DNA of 50,864 bases, taken from IMG/VR virus record IMGVR_UViG_2695420685_000015. The stretch is one strand, 5' to 3'. The notes under the pieces were generated by a model. It was not told the DNA's origin. It saw only the letters and a program-made list of their open reading frames with translations, and ran no database searches. Origin of the DNA: a virus. Its lineage: Duplodnaviria > Heunggongvirae > Uroviricota > Caudoviricetes. Shown piece after piece: positions 27,038 to 36,424 of this stretch (the first letter of the stretch is position 1; each line of letters opens with the position of its first letter). The translations under genes and the position numbers were made by a program.

Positions 27038-27924
27038 CGGACATCATCATTAAACGCTACCGCCCTGAAGAGTTTCCGCGTCATCTGGACTTTCTGGAGC
27101 GAATGACTGTTACAAAGGGAACTGTAGAGGACTGGCACGCTCTTAAGTCGCTTCACTACAAAACAGACGGCAAACCTTTCGCGCCAACTTACTATCGCTG
27201 CGAACTTGATGACCGTCTGGTGGGCGTCGTGGTTATGGCTTACCCGAAACTACTGTTGGCACCTCGCCACCGCATGTTTCCTAAGTTGAAACCAACCACT
27301 AATACCACCGTGGCTAACCAGTACTGGGGTCGGTACGTGAATAACAACTTTGCGGTGATCAGTCGCTCAGTTGTGGATACTCAGTATCGTGGCGTAGGCG
27401 TCTCTTATCGAATGATTAACCTGGTTAGCAGGATGCATGACCGGCCAATCATTGAGATCCAGTCCTCGATGAGCAAATACAATCCCTTCGCCATGAAAGC
27501 AGGGTTTAAGTTCATCCGCCCTGAGCGACCGAAGAGCTATGAAAGTGCACTGCGTGTATTCCAGCGCCATTTCCGTTCCGACCCGGGTGATAACGAGGCG
27601 ATCGTCAAAGAGTTGTTCGCAATGAGCGAGTCTCGTCGTCGCCGTGCACTGCGTGATCTGGTGGCGGACTACCACAAGAACAGTTCCCTGGCAAAAGCTG
27701 GGCGGAATCGTGGCACGACGATTCAGGACATTGCCGACAGTCTGGTGGACGAGGCCAGCATTGTGAAGTTGCTCAAGGACATTCACAACCTGAGCTTTAC
27801 GTCTCCGTTGTATGGGGTGTATCGAAACCCTGACTTTGGTCGTCGACTGCCTGACACGCTGCCACTGCTGGCATTCGACAAACAACCTTTGGATAAACCG
27901 TTAGAAATTGCTTTACCGGCATAA
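27034..27924 (+). CDS. hypothetical protein (possible acetyltransferase-like N-terminal region)
   Basis: 296 aa; YRGVGVSYRMINLV loosely resembles GNAT motif A; weak. Confidence 0.45.
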   Translation: MTDIIIKRYRPEEFPRHLDFLERMTVTKGTVEDWHALKSLHYKTDGKPFAPTYYRCELDDRLVGVVVMAYPKLLLAPRHRMFPKLKPTTNTTVANQYWGRYVNNNFAVISRSVVDTQYRGVGVSYRMINLVSRMHDRPIIEIQSSMSKYNPFAMKAGFKFIRPERPKSYESALRVFQRHFRSDPGDNEAIVKELFAMSESRRRRALRDLVADYHKNSSLAKAGRNRGTTIQDIADSLVDEASIVKLLKDIHNLSFTSPLYGVYRNPDFGRRLPDTLPLLAFDKQPLDKPLEIALPA

Positions 27925-27933
27925 GGATTTGCC

Positions 27934-28200
27934 ATGACGTTAACCGATAAACAAAAGGACATCATCAAAACGCTCAATCTCGGTTATGAGCGAGGTCATC
28001 TACTTGATCTGGACGAATTGCTTGAAGTTTTGCCGTACAAGACAACCAAGCAAAGTATCCAGTTCTCAATTCGCGCTCTGATAAAAAAGGGGCTTGTGGA
28101 GAAAGGGCATACGCGCCAACGCAGTGACAATCGCTATCACCGCCGAACTCTTGGGTTAACCACTTTAGGTCGAGCCAAAGCGAAGTTACTGGTGATGTAA
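27934..28200 (+). CDS. small putative DNA-binding protein
   Basis: 88 aa, basic C-terminal half, AAGGAT RBS. Confidence 0.45.
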   Translation: MTLTDKQKDIIKTLNLGYERGHLLDLDELLEVLPYKTTKQSIQFSIRALIKKGLVEKGHTRQRSDNRYHRRTLGLTTLGRAKAKLLVM

Positions 28201-28244
28201 TCGGTCTGGGAGCTTATTTAAAGACCTGCTTCTGTATATAAATA

Positions 28245-28259
28245 ATAAGTAACTTATTA
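28245..28259. promoter_or_regulatory. class-B palindrome copy
   Basis: ataagtaacttatta upstream of terminase promoter region. Confidence 0.4.
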
Positions 28260-28313
28260 AATATATACGGAAGCAGGCTTAATAAGACATGCCCAGACCT
28301 AATTAAACAACCC

Positions 28314-28355
28314 AGAAAACAAGTTGGTTAGAAAATGCAGTAAACAAGTTGTTTT
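28314..28355 (+). promoter_or_regulatory. class-A motif pair upstream of terminase small subunit
   Basis: AGAAAACAAGTTGGTT at 28314-28329 and AAACAAGTTGTTTT at 28342-28355. Confidence 0.5.
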
Positions 28356-28386
28356 AGAGCGCATGGACGCGCTCTGTGTGTTTTAG
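28356..28386 (+). terminator. promoter-proximal terminator-like hairpin in terS leader
   Basis: agagcgcatggacgcgctct hairpin followed by gtgtgtttt, about 10 nt before ATG 28395. Confidence 0.45.
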
Positions 28387-28394
28387 AGGGATCT

Positions 28395-29027
28395 ATGACG
28401 GTCGAAAAAGACGAGGTAAAAACTCGCCTGACACCAGCGGAGTGGGCCGAAGCTGAAGCCAAATGGACGTCAGGCGAATATACACTCTCAAAGCTGGAGG
28501 AAGAGTACGGCATTCGTCGTGAAACACTCTCCAGACATTTCAAAAAGCGAGGATTAGAGAAAGGCGCGGACTCTGTTGGGAAGATGGTTCGTGAGTCTCT
28601 TAAATCTGACGCAGAGCTTCGCGCTAAAGCCCGTGCGGAAAAGATAGAAGAACGTCGTACACGTTATGACGGCTGGGCGTATGCGTTGGGGCAGATGGTG
28701 ATGGTCGAAGTCACTACGGCCAAACGTGAGGGTAAGCCTTTAGGGGCGATTGAGGATTCTCTCAAGAGCTTACAGAGAGCCAGTAATACCCTTGCAAAAT
28801 GCTTTGAAGTTTCGTCCAAAGCATTGGGCATGGATCATGCGGAAAATGACGAGGAAGAAATTCCGAACCTGGTATTTGGTGAGCTTACGCCTTCCCAGGT
28901 GGCGAAATTACGTCAGGAAGACGACGAGCCTGAAATCATCGATGACGAATTGCTTGAGACGTTGGAAGAAGAAGCTCTAAGCGAATTTGATGCGACAGAT
29001 GATGGAAGTGAAGGGGAGGACGAATAA
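28395..29027 (+). CDS. terminase small subunit
   Basis: 210 aa, N-terminal HTH-like segment, highly acidic C-terminus, immediately upstream of and coupled to the large subunit. Confidence 0.7.
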   Translation: MTVEKDEVKTRLTPAEWAEAEAKWTSGEYTLSKLEEEYGIRRETLSRHFKKRGLEKGADSVGKMVRESLKSDAELRAKARAEKIEERRTRYDGWAYALGQMVMVEVTTAKREGKPLGAIEDSLKSLQRASNTLAKCFEVSSKALGMDHAENDEEEIPNLVFGELTPSQVAKLRQEDDEPEIIDDELLETLEEEALSEFDATDDGSEGEDE

Positions 29028-30283
29028 TGGCAATCCCGTCCTCGCTCAGTCTTGTGCAACTGCATTCTGGACAGATGAAAGTCTTCCAGTCTCCGCATCG
29101 ATTTAAAGTTGTTTGTGCTGGTCGACGCTGGGGAAAATCCCGGTTGTCGATCTCCACTATTATTCGTGCGGCGGCAAAGGAAAAAAAGCAAAGGGTCTGG
29201 TATGTCGCTCCTACTTACCAGATGGCTCGCCAGATTTTGTGGGACGATCTACAGGAAGTTCTGCCTCGTAAGTGGGTTAGGAAAAAGAACGACACCACGA
29301 TGACAATCGTGTTGAAGAACGGTTCGGAGATCGCCCTCAAAGGTGCTGATAAGCCTGACACTCTGCGCGGCGTAGCGTTGCATTTTGTAGTGCTTGATGA
29401 ATTTCAGGATATGAAGGCTGACACCTGGTACAAGGTGTTACGACCTACTCTTTCATCGACACGCGGCGGTGCACTTATCATTGGTACGCCAAAAGGTTTC
29501 TCGGAATTTCACAAACTGTGGACTATAGGCCAGAACGTAGAGCTGCAAAGAAAGGGACAGTGGAAGAGCTGGCAGTTTGTAACTGCCGATTCTCCGTTTG
29601 TGCCTACGGCGGAAATTGAAGCTGCTAAGAACGATATGGACCCGAAATCGTTCGCTCAGGAGTACCTGGCGAGCTTTGAGAACATGTCCGGGCGCGTTTA
29701 CTACCCGTTCGATCGTAACGTGCATGTAAAACCGCTTCAGTTCAACCCTCGGTTGCCTATATGGGTAGGGCAGGACTTCAACATTGACCCGATGTCTTCA
29801 GTAATTTTGCAACCTCAGCCAAATGGTGAGCTATGGGCAATTGATGAATTGGTGCTCTTTTCCTCTAACACGGCAGAGGTTTGTGATGAGCTTGAGAGAC
29901 GCTTCTGGCGCTGGAAATCACAGATAACGGTATTTCCAGATCCGGCAGGTGCTTATCGCCAACATGCTCGCGGGGAGTCTGACGTCGACATATTCAAAGA
30001 GAAGGGATTCTTACGTGTCGATTATTCGAAAAAGCACCCGCCAATTGCGGATCGTGTTAATGCTGTTAACCGAATGCTGATGACCGCATCTGGAGATATC
30101 CGGTTGTATATCGATCCGAAGTGCAAGCATTTGATTGATTCACTGGAAAAAGTCATCTACAAGCCTGGAACACGAGATATGGATAAGACAGGTGGCATTG
30201 AGCATAGTGCAGACGCATTGGGCTATCCAGTACATCGTAGGTATCCAGTCAAAAACCGTGTTATTCTTGGTGGTTCTAGATAG
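29027..30283 (+). CDS. terminase large subunit
   Basis: Walker A VVCAGRRWGKS, Walker B HFVVLDEF; 418 aa; followed by portal. Confidence 0.8.
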   Translation: MAIPSSLSLVQLHSGQMKVFQSPHRFKVVCAGRRWGKSRLSISTIIRAAAKEKKQRVWYVAPTYQMARQILWDDLQEVLPRKWVRKKNDTTMTIVLKNGSEIALKGADKPDTLRGVALHFVVLDEFQDMKADTWYKVLRPTLSSTRGGALIIGTPKGFSEFHKLWTIGQNVELQRKGQWKSWQFVTADSPFVPTAEIEAAKNDMDPKSFAQEYLASFENMSGRVYYPFDRNVHVKPLQFNPRLPIWVGQDFNIDPMSSVILQPQPNGELWAIDELVLFSSNTAEVCDELERRFWRWKSQITVFPDPAGAYRQHARGESDVDIFKEKGFLRVDYSKKHPPIADRVNAVNRMLMTASGDIRLYIDPKCKHLIDSLEKVIYKPGTRDMDKTGGIEHSADALGYPVHRRYPVKNRVILGGSR

Positions 30284-30300
30284 GTAAGTAATTATCTAAG
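30284..30300. promoter_or_regulatory. class-B palindrome copy
   Basis: gtaagtaattatctaag, 10 nt upstream of portal ATG. Confidence 0.4.
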
Positions 30301-30309
30301 GTTATTCAA

Positions 30310-31884
30310 ATGGAATTGAACGACAAACAAATTAAGGATCTGGTGGCGCGACGCCACCCGGAATACGAAAAGAAAAAAGAACATTGGGACTTCCTCGCCA
30401 GCACTTACGCTGGCGGGCGTGGTTGGTTTACAGACAATATCTTTCGTTACTTTAAAGAGGGAGATCAGGAGTTTAAGGAGCGAGTTGAGCGTGCTTATCG
30501 CTTCAACCACACTCGTGAGGTGGTAAACCTCATCAACAAATATCTCTTTAAAGAAGACATTCATAGAAATATCGAAGAGGCACCAGAGCAGATCCGCAAT
30601 TTCTGGAAACGTGCGACTCGCCAGAATGCCTCTATTGACTCATTTATGGCCGCTATTGATTTGCAGTCGTCTATTTACGGTCGCATATGGGTTGTTGTCG
30701 ATAGCACGATGAGTGGTGATGTTGAGTCAGTAGCTGACGAGAAAAAGAAAGATGCTCGCGCCTACGCCTACTGGATTTCACCTCAGCAAATGCTGGATGT
30801 GGCATGGGACGACGACGGGAATATGTTGTGGGCGTTAATTGTGGAAGTCGCTCGTGATGACGCAGATCCTTTTACTTCTACAGGTCAGGAATACCAACGT
30901 TATCGTCTGTGGACACAAAACGAGTGGTATCTGTTCCGTGAGGAAGTGAAGAAGGGCGCTGGTGGAGCAGGTCGCCGTCAGGCAAAAGTTATTTTAGAGG
31001 ATAGCGGTGAGCATAATCTCGGCGTAGTTCCTGTGTTTCCTGTTGATTGTATTGGAGAAAGTGAATCACCGTATTTCAGCCCATCGTTGATCGATGATAT
31101 CGCTTATCTTGATCGTGCGGTTGCAAACTATCTGTCAAACCTTGATGCCATTATTCAGGATCAGACATTTAGCCAGTTGGCTATACCGGTACAGTCGCTT
31201 TTACCTGGTGATGAAAACCACACTAAAGTGCTTGAAATGGGCACAAAGCGAGTCTTCACCTACGATTCTGAAGGTGGAAACCAGCCGTTTTATTTGTCAC
31301 CAGACCCGAAACAAGCTCAGATGATCATCACTACGATTAAGACGGTGATTAACGAAATCTACCATTCAGTTGGTGTCGCTGGTGAGCGAACGAAGCAGGA
31401 CAACGCACAGGGAATTGATAACTCATCTGGTGCCGCAAAAATGTATGACTTCCAGCGTGTAAATAGCTTGCTTGTCACAAAAGCAGAGCGTCTGGAAAGG
31501 GCTGAACGCCAAATCATGCTACTGGTTGCGAAATGGATGGGGGTAGATCTGGACGAAGACCACTCTTTAATTGCGTATCCAGAAAGTTTCGATATTCGTG
31601 GCCTTACAGATGAATTTTCTGTTGCCGAGAAACTGTCATTACTTCAGGCACCGGACTCTGTACGTCGTCACCAGATGGAAATGCTTATTGAGAAGATTTT
31701 CCCGAACATTACTGAGGCGATGAAAAAGGAATTTGATAAAGATCTCTTGAATTTTCCGCCAAAAAATGATCTAAACACCCTTGAAAATAAGTCAGTACTT
31801 ACTTATGATCGTGGTGCAGCCCAAGAAAGCGGGCAAGATCAACCCCGAGGGAATGGGGACTCATCTACTCAAGAGAACGAGTGA
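30310..31884 (+). CDS. portal protein
   Basis: 524 aa, position between terminase and scaffold, acidic C-terminus. Confidence 0.7.
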   Translation: MELNDKQIKDLVARRHPEYEKKKEHWDFLASTYAGGRGWFTDNIFRYFKEGDQEFKERVERAYRFNHTREVVNLINKYLFKEDIHRNIEEAPEQIRNFWKRATRQNASIDSFMAAIDLQSSIYGRIWVVVDSTMSGDVESVADEKKKDARAYAYWISPQQMLDVAWDDDGNMLWALIVEVARDDADPFTSTGQEYQRYRLWTQNEWYLFREEVKKGAGGAGRRQAKVILEDSGEHNLGVVPVFPVDCIGESESPYFSPSLIDDIAYLDRAVANYLSNLDAIIQDQTFSQLAIPVQSLLPGDENHTKVLEMGTKRVFTYDSEGGNQPFYLSPDPKQAQMIITTIKTVINEIYHSVGVAGERTKQDNAQGIDNSSGAAKMYDFQRVNSLLVTKAERLERAERQIMLLVAKWMGVDLDEDHSLIAYPESFDIRGLTDEFSVAEKLSLLQAPDSVRRHQMEMLIEKIFPNITEAMKKEFDKDLLNFPPKNDLNTLENKSVLTYDRGAAQESGQDQPRGNGDSSTQENE

Positions 31885-31905
31885 TAAGTAACAAAGGGAA
31901 TTTTT

Positions 31906-32793
31906 ATGAAACTGTGGCAAATGCTTTTGGCCCGTCGTGGTCTGATGGATGTTGCTGAAGCGCATGAGCGTGGGGGCGCTGGCGGTGTAGCTGCTGATAA
32001 TGAGCAGAGTACACAAGATCCTGACAAGCAGGGTGAACAAAAAGAGCAGCCGAAGGGTGATGACGAATACGCTGGCATGACTCATGAAGAGTTACTGGCC
32101 GAACTTCGCAAAACCAAGAAAGCTGGTGCTGAACTGCTGAAAGAGAACATGAAGCGCAAAGAGAAAGAGCGCACATTGGCCGATCAGCTTGCTCAGTACG
32201 GTGAAATCGACCCGGCGCGTGCTCGCCAGCTTTTAGAAGCTGAACAGGCCGCAGAAAACGCACGTCGTGAGGCGGAGCAAGCTGAACTGGAGCGTCGTGG
32301 TGAGTTCGATGCTGTTAAAAAACAGATGATCGAAGCACACCAGGCAGAGCTGGCACAGCGTGACGAACGTTATGCAGCACTGGAAAGTGAAAACGCATCA
32401 CTGAAATCTCAATTAGTCGAGATGACCGTGGGCGCTTCCTTCAGTAACTCTCTCTTCCTACGTGACAAAGTTCTGATGACTCCGGCAAAAGCCCGCGTGA
32501 TCTACGGTTCTCATTTTGAAGTGGGTGAAGACGGTAGCGTAGTGGGTTATGACAAACCGGCAGGTCATAAAGAACGAGCTGTTCTGGTTGACGGTGAAGG
32601 TAAGCCGTTGCCGTTTGAATCCGCGATTGAACGCATTGTGCGGGCAGATCCGGAAGCTGACGCATTGATGCGTAGCGAAGCCAAGCAGGGTGTAGGCTCA
32701 CATTCCAAATCGACCTACACAATATCCCAACCGAAGAACAAGTCGACTATGGATAAGTTGGCCTCCGGTCTGGGGAAAATTGGACTTAAGTAA
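31906..32793 (+). CDS. scaffolding protein
   Basis: 295 aa; A/E/K/R-rich predicted coiled coil; located between portal and major capsid. Confidence 0.65.
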   Translation: MKLWQMLLARRGLMDVAEAHERGGAGGVAADNEQSTQDPDKQGEQKEQPKGDDEYAGMTHEELLAELRKTKKAGAELLKENMKRKEKERTLADQLAQYGEIDPARARQLLEAEQAAENARREAEQAELERRGEFDAVKKQMIEAHQAELAQRDERYAALESENASLKSQLVEMTVGASFSNSLFLRDKVLMTPAKARVIYGSHFEVGEDGSVVGYDKPAGHKERAVLVDGEGKPLPFESAIERIVRADPEADALMRSEAKQGVGSHSKSTYTISQPKNKSTMDKLASGLGKIGLK

Positions 32794-32818
32794 CATCTAA
32801 ATCAAAGGGAATTGATAG

Positions 32819-33694
32819 ATGCCATTACTGCGTGAAGAAGCTGAAAAGCTGTCTAACAACGAACTTGAACAGGGCGTGATTGAAACCATCATCGATCGCG
32901 ATGACCTGTTTGCCATCCTGCCTTTTATGAAAATTACTTCAAAGGCATATCTGTACAACCGTGAAAAAACGCTGAGTGAAGCTACCTTCATCGACGTTAA
33001 CGACACCATCCCGGAAGGTGCAGCAACCTTCGAAGAATGCGTTGCGAAACTGCGTATTCTGGCTGGTGACGTAGACGTTGATAAATTCCTGGCAACCACT
33101 ATGGCCGACACCAATAACCAGTTGGCTATTCAGGTTCGTCAGAAAGTTAAAGGTCTGGCTCGTGCGTTCCGTCGCAATCTGATTTTGGGTGACTCCAGCA
33201 CCAACAACAAAGCGTTTGACGGCATTCCACGCCTGATGCACGCAGATCAGAAGATCGATATCGCCGGTGCATCTATGACTTTCTCTATGTTCGACGAACT
33301 GGTCGATGCGGTGAAAGATCTTGGTGCTGACTGCATCATGATGCGTTCAGAGCACCTTCGTGCTTACCGTGCGCTGCTGCGTACAGTAAACGTAGGTCCG
33401 TCTGAAATCATGATGGAGAACTTCGGTCGTCCGATGCTGTGTCATAACGGCGTTCCGTTCATCATCAACGACTTCATCCCGACTGATTCTGGCAAAGCAA
33501 GCATCTACTGCTTGCATCTGTCAGAAGAGAACGGCGTTACTGGTCTGTATGGCGGCGATAACGCAGGTATCGTTGTTGAAAACATTGGTACTGTACAGAA
33601 CAAAGACGCAGTACGTACCCGTGTGAAGTGGTACTGCTCTCTGGCGAATAAGCACGATAAGGCTATCGCTGCACTGACCAATGTAAAAATTTAA
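32819..33694 (+). CDS. major capsid protein
   Basis: 291 aa, position after scaffold, followed by a very strong terminator. Confidence 0.7.
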   Translation: MPLLREEAEKLSNNELEQGVIETIIDRDDLFAILPFMKITSKAYLYNREKTLSEATFIDVNDTIPEGAATFEECVAKLRILAGDVDVDKFLATTMADTNNQLAIQVRQKVKGLARAFRRNLILGDSSTNNKAFDGIPRLMHADQKIDIAGASMTFSMFDELVDAVKDLGADCIMMRSEHLRAYRALLRTVNVGPSEIMMENFGRPMLCHNGVPFIINDFIPTDSGKASIYCLHLSEENGVTGLYGGDNAGIVVENIGTVQNKDAVRTRVKWYCSLANKHDKAIAALTNVKI

Positions 33695-33706
33695 TCAGTG
33701 CAGTAG

Positions 33707-33722
33707 ATAAGTAGTTATCTAT
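33707..33722. promoter_or_regulatory. class-B palindrome copy
   Basis: gataagtagttatcta after major capsid gene. Confidence 0.4.
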
Positions 33723-33725
33723 GTT

Positions 33726-33757
33726 AAAGGGTGGGCTATACGCCCACCCTTTTTGTA
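33726..33757 (+). terminator. strong rho-independent terminator after major capsid gene
   Basis: aaagggtgggctatacgcccacccttt followed by ttgt. Confidence 0.75.
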
Positions 33758-33767
33758 GGAGCGAGAA

Positions 33768-34688
33768 ATGCCAGAACAAAAGATGAAGATTACGGAAGAG
33801 GCATTTTCGGATTTTACGGGGCATATGTGCCGTGCCGGATTTACCAATTCTATCTCCGATGAACCTTTAACCGAGCGGCAACAAAGTCAGCTATCTGCTT
33901 GTTTGCAGGCGGTTCCCCTCTCCCAATCCGTAAACATAACCCCGGCTTCACCGTCAGTTTTGGTTGGGAAAACTGTTCAACTTAGTGCAGGTATTAGTAT
34001 GGGTAAGAGTGCCAGTTCATTCACCTGGAAGTCAGCCAATGACCAAATTGCAACCGTTAACGGCACTGGATTAGTAACTGGCGTAGCACCAGGCAAAGTA
34101 AAAATTACTGCAACTGATCAGGAAACCCAGCTTTCCGCTTCAGTGGAAGTCACCGTAAATCCGGTAGCCGTTCAATCCGTAACGGTAACGCCAGAATCAA
34201 CGTCTGTTGAGAAAGGGAAATCAGTCAGTCTGAAAGCGAATGTTCAGCCGTCAAATGCGACGAATAAGGCTGTTACCTGGTCTTCCAAAAATGAAGATAA
34301 GGCAACGGTAGACCAGAGCGGGAACGTTACTGGTGTAGAAGTTGGCACTGCGACGATTGAGATCGTTTCCCAAGATGGCAGCAAAAAGGCAACTGCAACG
34401 GTGGAAGTAACTGCGCCTGTTGTGGCTGTTACCGGCGTCGAAATCGACCCAAATAGCACAACCGTTGAGGCAAACAAAACTGTTCAGCTGACAGCAAATG
34501 TCGAGCCGGCAGGAGCCACAAATAAAACCGTTACTTGGGAATCCAAAAATACCGAGTTTGCAACGGTTGACAGCGAAACCGGTGTTGTAACTGGTGTTGC
34601 GGCTGGTACTGCCACAATCGAGGTTACTACCCAAGATGGTAGCCACAAAGCGACAGCAACTGTAGAAGTTACTGCCGCACAGGAATAA
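33768..34688 (+). CDS. Ig-like (Big_2) domain protein, probable capsid decoration protein
   Basis: Three tandem ~85-aa repeats of the V-T-V-x-P...ATV-x-V-T pattern characteristic of bacterial Ig-like group 2 domains. Confidence 0.65.
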   Translation: MPEQKMKITEEAFSDFTGHMCRAGFTNSISDEPLTERQQSQLSACLQAVPLSQSVNITPASPSVLVGKTVQLSAGISMGKSASSFTWKSANDQIATVNGTGLVTGVAPGKVKITATDQETQLSASVEVTVNPVAVQSVTVTPESTSVEKGKSVSLKANVQPSNATNKAVTWSSKNEDKATVDQSGNVTGVEVGTATIEIVSQDGSKKATATVEVTAPVVAVTGVEIDPNSTTVEANKTVQLTANVEPAGATNKTVTWESKNTEFATVDSETGVVTGVAAGTATIEVTTQDGSHKATATVEVTAAQE

Positions 34689-34732
34689 CCGATATTGGGC
34701 GGCTTTCGCCGCCCAAGTGGAGAGAAAGCGTT

Positions 34733-35167
34733 ATGAAACCAGCAAAAATTGTTTTATTAGAACCGCAATTTTCCGGTTATTCGGGAATGCTGTGTGGCGT
34801 TCAGTTCGAGAACGGGGTATCCGTAGCGGAGTTGCCTTTTATCGATCAGCAGAGGATTTGTGCTTCAATGCGAGCGTCAACAGTAGAGGGCAAAAATGTT
34901 TCTCCGTCTGCCGCATACAGTGATCGTGGTGAATTGACAGCAGACCTGATTACCGAGCCAGCAGCGCCTGACATTGTGCCAATGAAACGTGGGACACCAG
35001 ATGAACCGGCCAAACAGATCCAGACTTTCACACGAGAAGAGCTGGAGTCAATTGCAGACAACGAAGGTATTGCCGGTCTACGAGTTATTGGTAATCAGGT
35101 TGGTGTCAAAGCGAAAGGAATTGTCGAAATGATTGACGGCATCCTGAAAGCACAAGGCGGTGAGTAA
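34733..35167 (+). CDS. head-associated hypothetical protein
   Basis: 144 aa, GGAGAGAAAG RBS. Confidence 0.5.
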   Translation: MKPAKIVLLEPQFSGYSGMLCGVQFENGVSVAELPFIDQQRICASMRASTVEGKNVSPSAAYSDRGELTADLITEPAAPDIVPMKRGTPDEPAKQIQTFTREELESIADNEGIAGLRVIGNQVGVKAKGIVEMIDGILKAQGGE

Positions 35168-36000
35168 TGGCGCAGATCGACTCGTATCGTAGCGGTGAAG
35201 CTGTTTCTCTTTCATTTGCCTTCAACGTGCTGGATATCGAATCTGCCACCTACACAGTAAAGGACAGCACCGGGGCTATTCTCGTTGATGGCGAGCCGCT
35301 AGAAATTACCAGCGGTCAAATGTCGATTCCGGTTGTCGTGTCGGCTGAATATAACCAGCTCTCTGTGAAAGAGCGAGATCTGCGGTACGTCATTGTGAAG
35401 GCTGTTGCATCGGGTCTGACGCATGAAGAGCGGCAAATGTATGTTCTGCTGAATAGTTTTGAACTGTCGATACCAGAACAGTCGTTTGCAACTGTCGCTG
35501 ATGCTCAAATGCAGGCGATCGATATGCTGAATGGGGACACTTTGCTGTCGGATGGTGAAGGCTTAATGCGCAAGCGTCTCATTGAGGCTACCAGACGAAT
35601 TAAAACTTTACCGTTCTCAATCCGCAAAATTCTACGTATCGACTTTGACCGATACGATCGCCCTCAAAATATGCTGAATGTGTATGACATTCCGTGGGGA
35701 GCAGATGGAGCGTACCGGCATGATTTAGTCGATTGGGAAAAGATGACGCAGGAGAAGTTTGAAGAGTTCCCTGACTACTTCAAAGAAGCGTTGATGCTTG
35801 CCGTTGTCAACGAAGCGTGTGAGATCGCAAATGGCAATGATGTAGCCGCAGCACGAGAGGATGGCATTTTGTCAGAGTCCATCGGTGAAACAACCAACAT
35901 GTACCGTACCGGTAAAGCTGCAAACGTGCATGTGGCTCGTAGTACCTGGCGCTTGCTGGTCAGTTACATCAACAACCGTATGATTGTTCGCCGTGCGTAA
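35167..36000 (+). CDS. head-tail joining / head completion protein (hypothetical)
   Basis: 277 aa, coupled ATG. Confidence 0.5.
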   Translation: MAQIDSYRSGEAVSLSFAFNVLDIESATYTVKDSTGAILVDGEPLEITSGQMSIPVVVSAEYNQLSVKERDLRYVIVKAVASGLTHEERQMYVLLNSFELSIPEQSFATVADAQMQAIDMLNGDTLLSDGEGLMRKRLIEATRRIKTLPFSIRKILRIDFDRYDRPQNMLNVYDIPWGADGAYRHDLVDWEKMTQEKFEEFPDYFKEALMLAVVNEACEIANGNDVAAAREDGILSESIGETTNMYRTGKAANVHVARSTWRLLVSYINNRMIVRRA

Positions 36001-36079
36001 CGCCAGTCGCATTATTTACTTTTGGTCTAAAGGGTTTTTGGCCAGTAATGAGAGCGACCGACAACAACAGGGAGAGAGC

Positions 36080-36424
36080 ATGAATATTTCATGGCAAACA
36101 GAAATTGCGATCTACCGCTTTGGCGCAAAGAACGTTTACGGTGAGGCGCAATTACAATTCGTCAGGAAGACGAATGTCGGCGTGGTTAAGTTCGAACAGA
36201 GTAATGAGAAATCGTCAGTTCGTGCTGATAGCTCTGGTAGTCGTGGTAAGGCGAGTCTGGAGCTGTTTGATGCTGTGTTAGTTGTCCCTTTGGAAGCGGC
36301 TGTACAACTTGATGATGTACTGATCCTTGAAGGTCAAAAATTAAAGGTGTCCAGTGTTCATCGCCGCTGGGGGCTACGAGGAAGACCTGGGCATCTTGAA
36401 GTAGGGGCGAATATATGGGTCTGA
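36080..36424 (+). CDS. head-tail adaptor (hypothetical)
   Basis: ATG 36080 with GGGAGAGAG RBS; 114 aa. Confidence 0.5.
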   Translation: MNISWQTEIAIYRFGAKNVYGEAQLQFVRKTNVGVVKFEQSNEKSSVRADSSGSRGKASLELFDAVLVVPLEAAVQLDDVLILEGQKLKVSSVHRRWGLRGRPGHLEVGANIWV

